A DNA stretch of 64,000 bases, taken from Pristiophorus japonicus. Its lineage: Eukaryota. The notes below the pieces were generated by a model, which saw nothing but the letters and a program-made list of their open reading frames with translations, was not told the DNA's origin and searched no databases. Positions 12,001-25,009 of the stretch are shown here, piece by piece (within the stretch, counting starts at the first letter, position 1; each line of letters starts with the position of its first letter). The DNA lies in assembly GCF_044704955.1 (NCBI RefSeq), contig NC_091997.1, positions 85,808,001 through 85,872,000 of the forward strand, given 5' to 3'. A program made the position numbers and the translations under genes.

Positions 12001-14870
12001 TAACAGCGTGCTCAATTTGGGAAGAAAGTTACCAAAATAGTTCAGGAGCCCCAGGAACGAACGCAGCTCCGTCTTGTTACGGGATCTGGGTGCTCTCTGG
12101 ATCGCTTCCGTCTTGGACGCAGTAGGTCTGATCCCATCTGCTGCTACCCTCATCCCCAGGAATTCTACCTCTGGAGCTAGGAAGACGCACTTCGCCTTTT
12201 TCAGTCGCAGCCCTACCCGGTCCAGTCAGCGTAGCACCTCCTCCAGGTTGTGGAGGTGTTCTTCAGTATCGTAATCCGTGATGAGGATGTCGTCTTGAAA
12301 AACCACGGTCCCTGGAATCGACTTGAGGAGCCTTTCCATATTTCGTTGAAAGATCGCGGCGGCCGAACAAATCCCGAACGGACATCTGTTATACTCAAAC
12401 AACCCCTTGTGTGTCGTGATGGTGGTCAGCTTCTTCGACTCACTCGCCAGCTCCTGGGTCATGTAAGCTGAGGTCAGGTCCAATTTTGAAAAAAGTTTGC
12501 CACCAGATAGCGTCGCAAAGAGGTCTTCCGCTCTCAGTAGCGGCTACTGGTCTTGGAGTGACACCCGATTGATGGTGGCCTTGTAATCACCACATATCCT
12601 GACCGACCCATCCGCCTTGAGCACCAGCACAATTGGGCTCGCCCAGTCACTGAATTCGACTGGCGAGATGATGCCTTCCCTCAGCATCCGGTCCAATTCG
12701 CCTTCTATCTTTTCCAGCATCAAGTACGGCACCGCTCTGGCCTTGTGGTGTACTGGCCTGGCGTCCGGGTTTATGTGAATCACTACCTTGGTCCCCATGA
12801 AAGTGCCAATGCCGGGTTGAAATAATGAGTCAAATTTGTCCAGGACCTGTGAGAATGATACTCACTCCACAGAAGAAATTGCATTGACATCGCCCCATTT
12901 CCAGTTCATGACAGCAAGCTAACTCCTCCAAAGTAGTGCGGGACCGTCCATCGGGACAATCCAGAGTGGCAACCTGTTCTCCAAATCTTTGTGGGTCACA
13001 ACTACCGTGGCACTGCCTAGCACCGGAATGATCTCCTTTGTGTATGTCCGTAGCTGTGCGTCAATCGGCGATAATTTTGGCCTCCTAGCCTTGGACGCCC
13101 ACAACTTTTTGAACTGTTTGATACTCATCAGGGACTAGCTGGCCCCCGTGTCTAGCTCCATTGATACTGCGATGCCATTGAGGAGCACTTTCATCATTAT
13201 CGGTGGCATCCTGGTGTATGAACTGTATTTGTGCTCCACATGAACTCGCTGAACTTCAGCTTCCAGCGATTTCCCCCAGTGTTCATTTGGCCTCGTAGGG
13301 CTTACATCGGGCCCATCCTTCTCGTACATCACCCTGGCTGCAGGCTTCCTGCACATACGGGCCAAGTGACCGCTGACGTTGCAATTTCTGCAGGTATATT
13401 GCTGATACCTGCAAACTCAGGCTGGGTGTGTGCCTCCACACCTCCAACATGAGCCGTTGTTGGAAACAAAAGGTCCATTACCAGTCCATCGTCTCTGACT
13501 GTGTCTGTAACTGTCCTTAAGCACACCATTAACAGATGTTGATGGCCCCATTACTGGCCTCATTGTCCCTTGTGATGGCGTGAATCGCCGTTCAGCTAGC
13601 CATTGTCTCTGATAAATTCTGATAAACAGGGTTCGACTACATGTTGGGGCATGTCTGATTGCCCTTGTCTGCCTGGAGAACTGTGTGCTGCGTTAACAAT
13701 GTTAACTCCCTGTCCATTTGCTGCATTTGAGCCCAGATTTTTGTCAAACATCATTCTGGTCTCTTCCTCCCCTGAGATAAAAGTCTGGGCCATCAAGGCC
13801 GCCGTTTCCAGGGTCAAGTCTTTGGTTTCAATCAGTTTCCTGAAAACCCCAGCGTGCCCGATGCACTCAATAAAAAAGTCTCGCAGCATCTCCACTCTGC
13901 ATGTATCAGGGAACTTACATCGGCTCGCCAGTCGCCGGAGATCTGCCACAAAGTCTGGAACGTTTTGCCCTTCTCGCCGCCGGTGCATGTAAAACCGGTG
14001 TCTCGCCATGTGTATGCTGCTCGCCAGTTGAAGGTGTTCCCCGATTAACTTACTGAGCTCTTCAAACGTTTTGTCCGCCGGCTTCTCTGGCGCTAGAAGA
14101 TCCTTCATCAGGCAATACGTCCTGGATCCACAAACCGTCAGGAGTTGAGCCCTGCGTTTGTCGGCCGACTCCTGTCCCAACCATTCCTTAGTGACGAAAC
14201 TTTGCTGTAGTCTCTCAATAAAATCATCACCAACACATTACCTCTCGTCTGTGCTGCTAGTGGCCATGCTCACGTGGTTTAAATCCCAGTTTCCCGTCGC
14301 CAATGATACGTCCTTACTATACAGTATAAATGCAGACGAGGCCCATGCTTGAGAGAAGGTCACTCTGTGACCAGTAACCTTTATTCACTAGCACTCAAGT
14401 GATGAAGGTGGGTGGAGCATCCCCTTTTATACCTGAAAGTCCAGGTTAGGAGTGTCTCTCACAAGTTCACCACCTAGTGGTCATTGTTCTCACAGTGTAC
14501 AACTTAGGTCAGTTTATACATGGATTACAATGATGGTTGAATATATGACAGAAACGAAGAAACTGGGAGAATGGAATGGAGCCTTTACAGGATGTGGGGT
14601 GGGAGGAGGTGTAGTCCAGGTAGCTGTGGGAGTCAGTGGGCTTATTGTGAATGTTTGTCAATAGCCTATCTCCAGAAATGGAGACAGAGAAGTCAAGGAG
14701 GGTAAGGGAAGAGTCGGAGATGGACCATGTGAAGGTGAAGGATGGGTAAAAATTGGATGCAAAGTAAATGACATTTTCTAGTTCAGGGAGAGAACAAGAA
14801 ACAGCACCGGTACAGTCATCAATGTACCGGAAACAATGGTGAGGGAGGGGACCCGAGTACCCACAAAAAG
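9040..14870 (-). mobile_element. Degenerate Penelope-like element (GIY-YIG end 9040-9800; RT part 14551-14870), split by Gypsy A
   Basis: ORF 8935-9249 GDRFAEHLRSVRKCDPELPVTCHFNS is homologous to the GIY-YIG ORF 37982-38422; sequence rejoins across the Gypsy insertion. Confidence 0.85.
9806..14550 (-). mobile_element. Gypsy A: full-length degenerate Ty3/Gypsy LTR retrotransposon (gag-PR-RT-RH-IN)
   Basis: 247-bp LTRs 9806-10052 and 14304-14550 (~13 differences); PBS TGGCGACG; PPT beside 10052; TSD GAAAG/GAAAC; motifs ELDTGAS, VFQDDILI, CDASSYG, ETDHKPL, ASNGQA; many stops/frameshifts. Confidence 0.95.
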
Positions 14871-15219
14871 GAGTATTTTGTTTGCATGGTTTCAGAAACT
14901 AGAGCTTTCACTTATCTTACAGAACAAATGCTTTATGTGTGGTGAGAGGCTAAGTGTAATTTTAGGCTAACTCGCCGGGGGCGGGGGAGCAGGGGGGGCT
15001 GGGGGGGCTCCTATGGTGTAATGCCATATTTACACCCTGCCCAAGATTACTCTCCACAGATTTCAATGGAGGGTAAAATTGGGTGAGTTGTAAAACCATT
15101 GTAGCGCTCGATCCCATCACTTTCCCGGTGGGTGGATTAATGGAAAGCCTCCTTCAATGTTTCAGAAAGTGTTTCACTATTTTTCCTGCACTGGGTGTTG
15201 ATCTAAGTGGCCAGTGGAA

Positions 15220-15695
15220 AATGAAAAGGTTCACTAGGTTGATTCCGGAGATGAGGGAGTTCACTTATGAAGATAGGTTGAGCAGGTTGGACCTATACTC
15301 ACTGGAGTTCAGAAGAATGAGAGGTGATCTTATTGAAACTTATAATATAATGAGCGGGCTCGACAAGGTGGATACAGAGAGGATATTTCCACTCATAGGG
15401 GAAACTAAAACTAGGGAACATAGTCTTAGAATAAGCGGCCGCCCATTTAAAACTGAGATGAGGGTTGTAAATCTAAGTAATTCTCTGCTCCAGACAGCTG
15501 TGGAGGCCAGGTCATTGAATATATTTAAGGCGCAGATAGACAGATTTTTGAGCGATAAGGGAGTAAAGGGTTTTGGGGAACGGGCAGGGAAGTGGAGCTG
15601 AGTCCATGATCAGATCAGCCATGATCTTATTAAATGGCGGAGCAGGCTCGAGGGGCCAAATGGCCGACTCCTGCTTCTATTTCTTATGTTCTTAT
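15220..15695 (+). mobile_element. CR1 LINE 3' fragment
   Basis: RFTRLIPEMR...LYSLEFRRMRGDLIETY, 3' hairpin and (TTCTTATG)n tail. Confidence 0.9.
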
Positions 15696-15889
15696 GACAC
15701 GACTGCCAAGTGAGCACTCACTATCACTGTGCTGCACAGTGGCATGCTCATAGAGTACACATTGTATTTCAGAGCCTCTCACTTCCCCAGTCCCTTCTGT
15801 GACTGGAGAGTTGAACGAACAGCCCAACCACTGTCCCCAGGCTCATTAATACAACATCAGTGCACACACATCATCTGAGTCATCCATAA

Positions 15890-16326
15890 GTCTACTGCCC
15901 ATTTCCTAACTTGCACCATGTCCCGTTCACCCATCAACCTGACCTACATTGGCTCCCGGTTAAGCAAAGCCTCGATTAAAAAATTCTCATCCTTGTTTTC
16001 AAATCCCTCAATGGCCTCGCCCCCTCCCTATCTCTGTAATCTCCTCCAGCCCCACAACCCCCAAGATATCTGCGGTCCTCTAATTCTAGCCTCTTGAGCA
16101 TTCCCGACTTCAATCGCTCAGCTGCCAAGACCCAAAACTCTGGAATTCTCTCCATCAACCTCTCCGCCTCTCTAGCTCTCTTTCCTGCTTCAAGATGCTC
16201 CTCAAAACCTATCTCTTTCACCAAGCTTTTGGTCATCTGCCCTAATTTCTCCTTATGTGGCCTGGTGTCAAATGTTGTTTGTAACACTCCTGTGAAGCGC
16301 CTTCTGACGTTTTTCTACATGAAAGG
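15890..16326 (+). mobile_element. L2-like LINE 3' fragment; tail resumes at 18414-18432 after Gypsy B
   Basis: CTACATTGGCTCCCGG (LHWLP), CTCTGGAATTC, CTCAAAACCTATCTCTT motifs; tail TGTGAAGCGCCT...GAAAGG|TGTTATATAAATACAAG. Confidence 0.7.
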
Positions 16327-18408
16327 TGTTGTGTATCTGTAAAGCATGCACTCCCATGTTCCACCATCCCAGCATCCCTTGGGAACACTCTATATAAGCC
16401 GGCCCCTAAGGCTTGTTCCTCACTCTGGAGTGTCTGATTAAAGACTGAGGTCACTGTTACTTTAACCTCCCAGTGTGCAGCCTCATAATAGGAACATAAT
16501 AACTGGTGACGAGAATACGAATCCAACGCAAAGATGCAACAAACTGTGGGCATCCTGGAGAAGTTCTCGGAGGGTGAGGACTGGGAAGCCTATGTCGAAT
16601 GGCTAGACCAGTACTTTGTAGCCAACGAGCTGGACGGAGAAGGAAGCGCTGCAAAAAGGAGAGCGGTCCTCCTCATGGTCTGCGGGGCACCGACCTACAG
16701 CCTCATGAGGAATCTTCTGGCTCTGGTGAAACCCACAGATAAGTCGTATGAGGAGCTGTGTACACTGGTTTGGGAGCATCTTAACCTGAGCGAGAGCGTG
16801 CTGATGGCGAGGTATCGGTTCTATACGTGCCAGTGATCTGAAGGTCAGGAAGTGGCGAGCTACGTCGCCAAGCTAAGGCGACTTGCAGGACAATGTGAGT
16901 TTGATGGCTACCTGGAGCAAATGCTCAGAGACCTTTTTGTACTGGGCATTGGCCACGAGACCATCCTATGAAAACTTTTGACTTAGAGACACCGACCCTC
17001 AGTAAGGCCATTGCGATAGCACAGATGTTTATGTCCACCAGTGATAACACCAAACAAATCTCTCAGCACACAAGTGCTAGCAATGTTCATAAATTAACTG
17101 CAACTGTGTTTGCGAGCAGAAATGTACAGGGCAGAACCCACGAATCTGCAACTGCCAGCAGGCCTCAGGTGACCCAGATGACTCAGAGTCCCCAAAAAAG
17201 GATGAATGCAAGGCAATTCACACCTTGTTGGCGTTGTGGAGGCTTCCATTCAGCCTATTCATGCCACTTCAAAGGGTATGTTTGCAAGAGCTATGGAACA
17301 ATGGGGCACCTCCAATGAGCTTGCAAGCTCTGCAAAACCTGCTAACCACCACGTGGCAGAGGAAGATCAGTCCATGGTGGGTCAAAGCAATTTCGAGCCT
17401 CAGAGAGAGGAGGTAGATGCTGAAGTACATGGGGTGCACACATTTTCAACAAAATGTCCACCTATAATGCTAAACGTAAAATTGAATGCCTTACCCGTAG
17501 CCATAGAACTGGACAGTGGTGCTAGCCAATCTATCGTGAGCAAAAAGATGTTTGAGAGACTGTGGCGCAACAAAGCATTCAGACCAGCCCTGAGCCCCAT
17601 CCACATGAAACTGAGAACGTACACCAAAGAGCTTATCACTGTCCTGGGCAGCGCCATGGTCAAGGTCACCTACGAGGGCACGGTGCACGAACTGCCACTC
17701 TGGATTGTCCCGGGCGATGGCCCCACACTGCTTGGAAGGAGCTAGCTGGGCAAAATCCGCTGTAACTGGAATGATATCCGAGCGCTATCACATGTCAATG
17801 AGGCCTCATGTACCCAGGTTCTTAACAAATTTCCTTCCCTTTTTCAGCCAGGCATTGGAAACTTTTCCGGGGCGAAGGTGCGGATCGATTTGGTCCCAGA
17901 GGCAGGACCCATTCACCACAAGGCGCGAGCGGTACCTCACATGATGAGAGAGAGAGTGGAAATCGAGCTGGACAGGCTGCAACGCGAGGGCATCATCTCC
18001 CCAGTGGAATTCAGCGAGTGGGCCAGCCCGATTGTTCCAGTACTCAAAAGTGATGGCACGGTCAGGATTTGCGCCAGCCCAGCGAGGGCACAGCCAACAC
18101 ACCAGAACAGACATTTGTACCAAGGCGGTCCACCAAGGAAAGAAAGGCTCCCAACCGCCTCACCTAGTAAATAGTTTTCACTTTGACTTTGGGTGGGGAG
18201 TGATGTTGTGTATCTGTAAAACATGCACTCCCATGTTCCACCACCACGGAGCTCATCCCCTGAAGTCCCAAGGGATCCCAGCATCCCTTGGGAGCACTGT
18301 CTATAAGCCGGCCCCGAAGGCCTGTTCCTCACTCTGGAGTGTCTGATTAAAGACTGAGGTCACTTTAACCTCCCTGTGTGCAGCCTCATCTGTGTTAGGA
18401 ACACAATA
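16327..18408 (+). mobile_element. Gypsy B: internally deleted Ty3/Gypsy element (gag, PR, start of RT joined to IN tail)
   Basis: LTRs 16327-16501 and 18204-18408; TSD AAAGG (16322-16326, 18409-18413); PBS TGGTGACGAG; PPT GGGTGGGGAG; RT breaks off after DGTVRIC (~18072). Confidence 0.92.
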
Positions 18409-18416
18409 AAAGGTGT

Positions 18417-18561
18417 TATATAAATACAAGTCGTTTTTAGTGTGGTTGAGTTGTTAAAAGAGGACGAGGATTTCCTCTTTCATCACTTCTCTGTTTCTCT
18501 CACTGACCAGAATGTGATGGTGAAAGAGGCACCCAGCTTCTGAACCAGCTAGGAATGTGAA
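18417..18561 (+). promoter_or_regulatory. Candidate proximal promoter of gene B (TATA-like, RUNX, PU.1/ETS motifs)
   Basis: TATATAAA at 18417-18424, TGTGGTT 18441-18447, TTTCCTCTTT (AAAGAGGAAA on minus) 18471-18480, all within 150 bp of the ATG. Motif-level evidence only. Confidence 0.45.
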
Positions 18562-18616
18562 ATGGCGCTTGGTGCTCTGTTTGTGGGTCTTTTCCTTCTG
18601 TTCCAACATGTTGTAG
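18562..18616 (+). CDS. Gene B exon 1: signal peptide MALGALFVGLFLLFQHVV(G)
   Basis: Good Kozak gaaATGG, hydrophobic 18 codons + 1 nt, GTAAGG donor, phase 1 as typical for IgSF leader exons. Confidence 0.8.
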
Positions 18617-20667
18617 GTAAGGATCCATACTTTCAACTAATCTTCAACATGTTTATCTGGAAATATCAGTTTCTATCTGTACCTGAACGCAGAAATATAA
18701 GGATTGAAGGATATTGATTGCCATCAGTGCTGCTTTCACGCGGATGTTTAATGTACTCATATGACAGTTGTTGTTGGGTCATTTTAACACGGTTTAATCA
18801 TGGGTGGTCAGTTTAAAATTGGCACTAAGAGAGTGAGGAGACAGATTAGGAGAACATTTTTTACACAGAGGTTTGTTTTGCCACAGGGAGTGGTTGACGC
18901 AGAGACATTTTCATCTTTTGAAGGAAAACTGGAAAACATTTGAAGCAGAGGAAGATTTGGGGCTGTGGGGCGAGCGAGGCAATGGATTTGCTCTGGCAAA
19001 GAGCCAGCACTGGCACGATGGGCCCAATTGCCTCCTTCTGTGCTGCAAACGTCTTTGGTTCAACTCCTGTCTTAAAACAGTGCAGGGATGAAATACAAGA
19101 ACAGTGCTGATCCTATCCCAATTTCCCTTACAACAGAATCATATCTCACTCTAGGAATGAAATAGTGGAAGATTTAGAAGAGTTAGAAGGATTTGCTGAT
19201 GGGCTTTAATGGAGAGAGGGGGTGGGAAGTCCGTGCAGAGCATAAATGCGGCATGGAGCAGTTGGGCCGAATGGCCTGTTTCTGTGCCGAACATTCCATG
19301 TAATTCTGTGTAAGATTTTATGCTCAGGCTCGATTATTGGGAACTCGAAAGTAACAATTATATTTGATGACTCAGCCGAGCCTCACACCATTAAAGGGTG
19401 GAGACCACACTAGGCGGGGCCCACGACACCACTCGGACCAGGGCTCGAAATCAGCACCACTGGCAAAATGGAGCAGCTCAGAGCTTTCTGTACATTACAG
19501 ACCGTCCATTCCGCGATTGTTCTGTAAGGAAATGGAAACCGACACTGTGTAAAGGGGGATTTGTAACCATACTCTGCAATTTGTTTCTAAACAGACTCTG
19601 TGTAATATGGGCGGTCTGCCGACAGATTCTGTTCCTCAAATGATAAGTGACGTCTGCCCCTAACCTCAGTCCAAACACGGCTAAGTTACAACCGAGTCTG
19701 ACTGGGAGATGTGGTTTGGTGTTTATTCGAGCTCTGGCGTAATAGTGATCTATAGTACAGACACACCTGGGTCAGTGGGGCCAAGTTTCAGTTGAGTTGC
19801 TCCTGTTTTTTTGGAGCAACTGGTTTAGAATGGAATATCTTAGAAATTTGAATTCTCGGCATTTAGTTTGTTCCAGTTCTAGTCAGTTAGAACAGTTTCA
19901 CTTTGGAACAGAATTTTTTTTTCAAAAGGGGGCGTGTCCGGCCATTACGCCTGTTTTTAAAGTTTAGGCAGTGAAAACTCACTCCAAACTAAAGTAGAAT
20001 GGAGTAATTGAAGATTTTTGTACGTTCGAAAAAACCTTGTCTACACTTTAGAAAATCAGGCGTAGGTTACAAATTCGGCGTAGGGAACGAGGGCGGGGGG
20101 GGGGGAGACGGGGGGAAGGGAAGTCATTAAATTCTACAATCAATCCTTCAGCCATGAACTCATTGAATGGCGGTGCAGGCTAGAAGGGCCGAATGGCCTA
20201 CTCCTGCACCTATTTTCTATGTTTCTATGTTAGTTATACTTATACAAATATTATACAAATAAATCCAACCTGAATAAAAATTTATAAGCAAAGAAAAGAT
20301 TAAATAATCCATGTTCCGACCTGTGCGAAACAGCAGCAACCTTCAGGCAGGCCTTTCATGTTGGAGACAGGCAGGGGTGGTGTCAGTGTCTCGACGGCAG
20401 CCCCACAGCAGCAACAAGCAGCCTTCGAGCTGAGCTGTGGTGCTTCAGGCAGGCCTACATTCCGTTAGTGGCTGGCCGGCAGCCGAGGAATCAACACGCA
20501 CGCAGCTTTCGAAGGGGGTTGAGGCCATTCGGCCACACGATAGGGGCGGCGTCAGTGGCTCGATGGCAGCCGAAGATACAGCAGCAGCTTTCGAGCTATG
20601 AGGGGACTGAGGCCATTTGGCCAGGGAGAGGCAGCCACATAGACAGTTTTATACTTAAATTTGCAGA

Positions 20668-21861
20668 ATGGGTGCTGCATTGTCAACACCACGTATTATG
20701 CAATGGTTTGCCATCAATTCACTGCATAGGAGAGAATTGATTAGAGCTCACCGCACCAGGAACATCGTAACCCGTAGGCTGATGGGCAGGAGACCTTACC
20801 CACGTCGACAATATCGAGCCAGGCGCTCGTACCTGGACATGAGCGAGGCTGATTGTGTGAAAAGGCTGCGTTCACTGAGATCTGTGATATGGTGAGAGCA
20901 GATTTGCAGCCCAAAAGCAGAATGCCAACTGCCCTGTCTGTTGCAGTGAAGGTAACAGCTGCACTTTCTTTCTATGCCTCGGGATCGTTTCAGGCTACAA
21001 CTGGAGATGTGTGTGCCATCTCTCAACGTGCAATACATGCCTGCATTTACCAGGTCACAGCTGCACTGTATGTGCGAAGGAATGACTTCATCAATTTCCC
21101 AATGACCGCACAAGCGATCCATGAGAGGGCTGTGGGCTTCTTCAGGATTGCTGGCTTCCCAGGGCTGCATTGATTGTACCCATATAGCCTTGCGAGCACC
21201 TGTGGAGGATTCTGAGCAGTACCGAAATAGGAAAGGTTTCCACTCTATCAATGTGCAGCTCGTGTGTGACGACAAGCAGCGCATCATGTCAGTCGATGCG
21301 AGATACCCTGGCAGCACCCACGATGCGTTCATCCTACGCGACAGCGTTATATCTGACATGTTTGAGCAGCAGCCAGAAGGGCAGAGCTGGCTACTGGGAG
21401 ACAAAGGGTACGGCCTGACCACCTGGCTCATGACGCCCCTACGCGTGACACGGACAGAAGCTGACCGTCAATACAACATGGCGCACATTGCGACACGCAT
21501 CATCATTGAGAGATCCATTGGCATATTGAAACAGCGTTTCCGATGCCTGGACCATTCTGGAGGACAGCTGCTATACTCTCCTCAGATTGTCGGTCACTTC
21601 ACTGTTGTGTGCTGCATGCTTCATAATTTAGCCATCATGAGGCAGCAGGAGCTGGTAGTGGAACCTGAAGACCTATGTGAGGGTCCAGTGCCTGATGATA
21701 ATATTACGGAAGAGCAGGATGTGGATGATGACGATGATCAGGAAAGCATGCAAGTGCCTGATGCTGGAGCACGAGGTCGGAGAAGGTCCGTCCATCGTGC
21801 CCCTTTAACGATTGCTCGAGCCTTGCGCCAGCAGCTCATCCGTGAACGCTTCAACTACTGA
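20668..21861 (+). pseudogene. Harbinger DDE transposase (HARBI1-like), frameshifted
   Basis: GCIDCTHI, NRKGFHSINVQLVCD, PGSTHDA, LLGDKGY, IERSIGILKQRFRCL; split over three overlapping ORFs. Confidence 0.9.
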
Positions 21862-21949
21862 TGCCTGAGGGCTCTGCGACCACTTTTGCACATGGACATG
21901 TTTATTCTTTGCAGTTGTTCCGACGTTGTGTTGGAACAGTTAATGGAAG

Positions 21950-22450
21950 TTTTAATGAAAAAATATTTTATTGAAAAGTTAACGTCACTGTAATAAAATA
22001 TTTGTTGTATCAAACTATACTTTTTAATATGACTCTTGAAGATCACTTAAAAACTTTAAGGTCACTTATAAACTTGTAAAGTTACAAAAGTTACAAAACA
22101 ATCGCAATGTGAAAAATCTTACTCTTAAGATCACTTAAACTTCAAGATCACTTTTTAGATGCAAAATTAAATAAGTTACAGAATTTAAGAGCATTTACAC
22201 TATAAGATCACTTGAAAACCCTGAGATCACTTATAAGTTGTAAAGTTACAAAACTTACAAAACAGTTTCAATGTGAAAAATCTTACACTCTGAAGAACAC
22301 TTAAACTGCAGGATCACTTTTTAGGTGCAAAATTAAAGATACAAAAAAATATGAGAGCATTTACACTATAAGTTCACTTAAAAACCATAAGATCACTAAT
22401 AAGTTGTAAAGTTACAAAACTTACAAAACAATTTCAATTTGAAAAACGCT
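21950..22450. repeat. AT-rich tandem repeats (AAGATCACTT / AAAGTTACAAAA units) between the Harbinger genes
   Basis: About three diverged ~165-bp units. Confidence 0.7.
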
Positions 22451-22537
22451 ACTACAGCTACATCAAGAACAAGAACAAAAGCAGCAAAGAAAGGCTGCAT
22501 CCATGTCTCATCCATATCTCAGTGAATGTTCACTTCC

Positions 22538-23537
22538 TCATAGGGGTGTTATTTGATTGGCCGGGCTGTGTGCCCTTATTGCAGCAGCTACCTCAACCAG
22601 GCCCTCCCTGACGGCCTGTGCCGTCGATTGCACTCCCTCGGACATTCCCTCCCTAAGTTCCCGTGCCATTACTGCTATTTCTCCTGTCAGGACCGTCAAC
22701 TCTTCACCCACTGCACTGACGCCACCGATGAGTGATCGGGTAAGCTCATTGGTCTCCATACCCAACGCCACAACCTGAGCCGCATCTGTTGCACGCTGCA
22801 TCTCAGGAGAGCGTGTCTCCAATCTCCTTCTCCTCTGCCTGGGTCTGCCTCGTGGCACCACTACACAGGGAGGCGCGGGCTGGGACTATGGGACGCTCTG
22901 TGTACCAGACGGCAGAACTAGAGGGAGAGGCTCGGGCTGGAACGGTAGGACGCTCTGTGTTGCAGACGGCAGTACTAGAGAGAGAGGCTCGGGCTGGGAT
23001 GGTGGGGCGCTCGGTGTTCCAGACGGCAGTACTAGAGAGAGAGGCTCGGGCTGGGATGGTGGGGTGCTCGGTGTTCCAGACAACAGCACTCGAGTGCGAG
23101 CCATGGGCTGGGATGTTGGACGAATGAGTATAAACTGCTCCATGATATCAGCAGCAGCACTGGGACCCGCAGCGTCGGAATCAAAACCATAGTAGATGGA
23201 GCCAGAACCTATGCGAGAGGGAGGCGCAGGCTCGGACGGTAGTGCACTGACTGTAGAATGCTGCATTATACCAGCAGCACCACTGGGACCCGCAACATCG
23301 GAAGCAAAACCATGGAAGGTGGAACCAAGACCTATGCTAGGGATTGAAACTCTGATGCCCCTTGATGGGGGCTCATAAACATTAATTTAGAAGCTCTCCC
23401 CTGCAGACATTTCAGTCATCGCTGCCATCATCCAGTCTGGTTCATCCACATCTGGTTGTACTGGTCCTTGTTCTGTACCCTCAGGATCCTCAGGGTTGGA
23501 AGCAGCAGCACCGTCATCGTCATCATCATCAACATCG

Positions 23538-23568
<31 letters not shown>

Positions 23569-24231
23569 GTTCTGCAAAATATATCAGAACAGTCAAATGT
23601 TTAACAGCAAGGGAGGGGGCCGGATGGATGGCATGAGTACTCTCACACATAGCAGGTCAGGCAGCAGGTTGATTTAAAGGGCCACGATGCATTTTCAGGA
23701 CTTACCCTCTTCCTCGTGTGCAGGCCCAGCTTGTGCTGTACTGATTGCTTTTCTCCATGTACCACTCATCATAGCAGCTTCCCTCTGTTCCAAGGGTGTC
23801 AGTGGATGCAGATTGGGCATGCCTCCTCTTGTCCGAGTTGCCTCCCTTTTGTTGTGGGCCAATTTCTTCTGCAAAGAGTAAAATCTAACTTTTTACAGAG
23901 TGTGTCAGTCTGCAAGTTGGGATATACAGATAGCCAGGTTACAATTACGATTAAATTAAAAATGGGAAATATTACTTACACTAACTACTTGACCAAGGTC
24001 ATGCCATTTCTTTTTACACTGGCTTCCAGGTCTCATGGTATGCACCACTGCGCAGTAATCTTCTGTAACTTGGTTCCACTGTTTCTTCATTTCTTTTGGT
24101 GGCACTTTTATGCAACCCCTATTGCTGGTATCTCGCTCCTGCCATCTCTGCTCAATTACATTGACTAATATCTTTACTTCCTCATGCAAGAAATTCTTTG
24201 TTCTTGGTGGACGTTCACTCTTATTTCTCAA
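22538..24231 (-). pseudogene. Harbinger Myb/SANT-like DNA-binding accessory protein, spliced (exons ~24231-23979, 23868-23706, 23571-22538), disrupted
   Basis: NFLHEEVKILV...WNQV...QCKKKWHDL; GT-AG introns; poly-Asp tract; internal stops. Confidence 0.8.
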
Positions 24232-25009
24232 AACACACAGTCCTTAATTTGCATGCACCAATGCAGCACCGGTTCTGCAAGTTTAGCAGTGAAAAGCTGA
24301 ACTCACTGATTTCAGCAGGTGATTTATTCAACAGTGCTGCTAAAAGCACTCCCTCACACACAAAAATATCACAAAAATTAAATCACAAGCCTTTCCAGGG
24401 GTCCAAGAGACAAATCTTCACTTTTCCTCCAGTCCCTTTAAAAATGGCCGAGTGCCAATGTTTGTTTCACACTGCGTGTGCGTGCACGCTCCAACGCGCA
24501 TGCGCAGGGTTGCCGGCACGACGTTGGCTCATTTGAATTAGACCCGTCCCCCACTGCTTAGGGAATCGGCGCGAGTGTCTGGCTCCACCCCCTGCTGTGA
24601 TGTGCGCGCTGCGCCAAGCTGAGTTAGAGCTCCAAGGAGCCGGAGAATCTCGCAGTTTTTTTCCTGCGCACTTTTAGGCGTGAAGAACAGGCGTCCAGCT
24701 CGGGGCTGCGCCGTTTTCAGCGCGGTCCTAAACTTGGGGCCAGTGAGTGGAGAGTTTCTAGGTGCAGTCTGTCAGGGCCATTACAGGGGGGGGGTTGCGT
24801 GTGTCAGATGCTCAAGTTGCAAACACAGATCCATAACAGCCGCTCCATGATACCCTCTGTTCAGGAATTTAACCCAACCAATCAGAGCTCTGCTAACTTC
24901 TCCATCGCAGCTTATCATCTTAACTAGCAGAAAATGAGCCTCTGAACACAATGCAAACAGAAATTATCTTTCTGATAATCTAAATGTGCTGATCAGAAAC
25001 CTGTTGATT

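Larger units (their letters stand above)
19777..24741. mobile_element. PIF/Harbinger DNA transposon, near full length, in intron 1 of gene B
   Basis: Imperfect TIRs GGGGCCAAGTTT / AAACTTGGGGCC, 3-bp TSD AGT, convergent transposase and Myb/SANT-like genes. Confidence 0.92.

Noticed and set aside
20668-21861. Domesticated host HARBI1 gene
   Set aside because: Frameshifted and enclosed by TIRs/TSD with the Myb-like partner, so a transposon copy.
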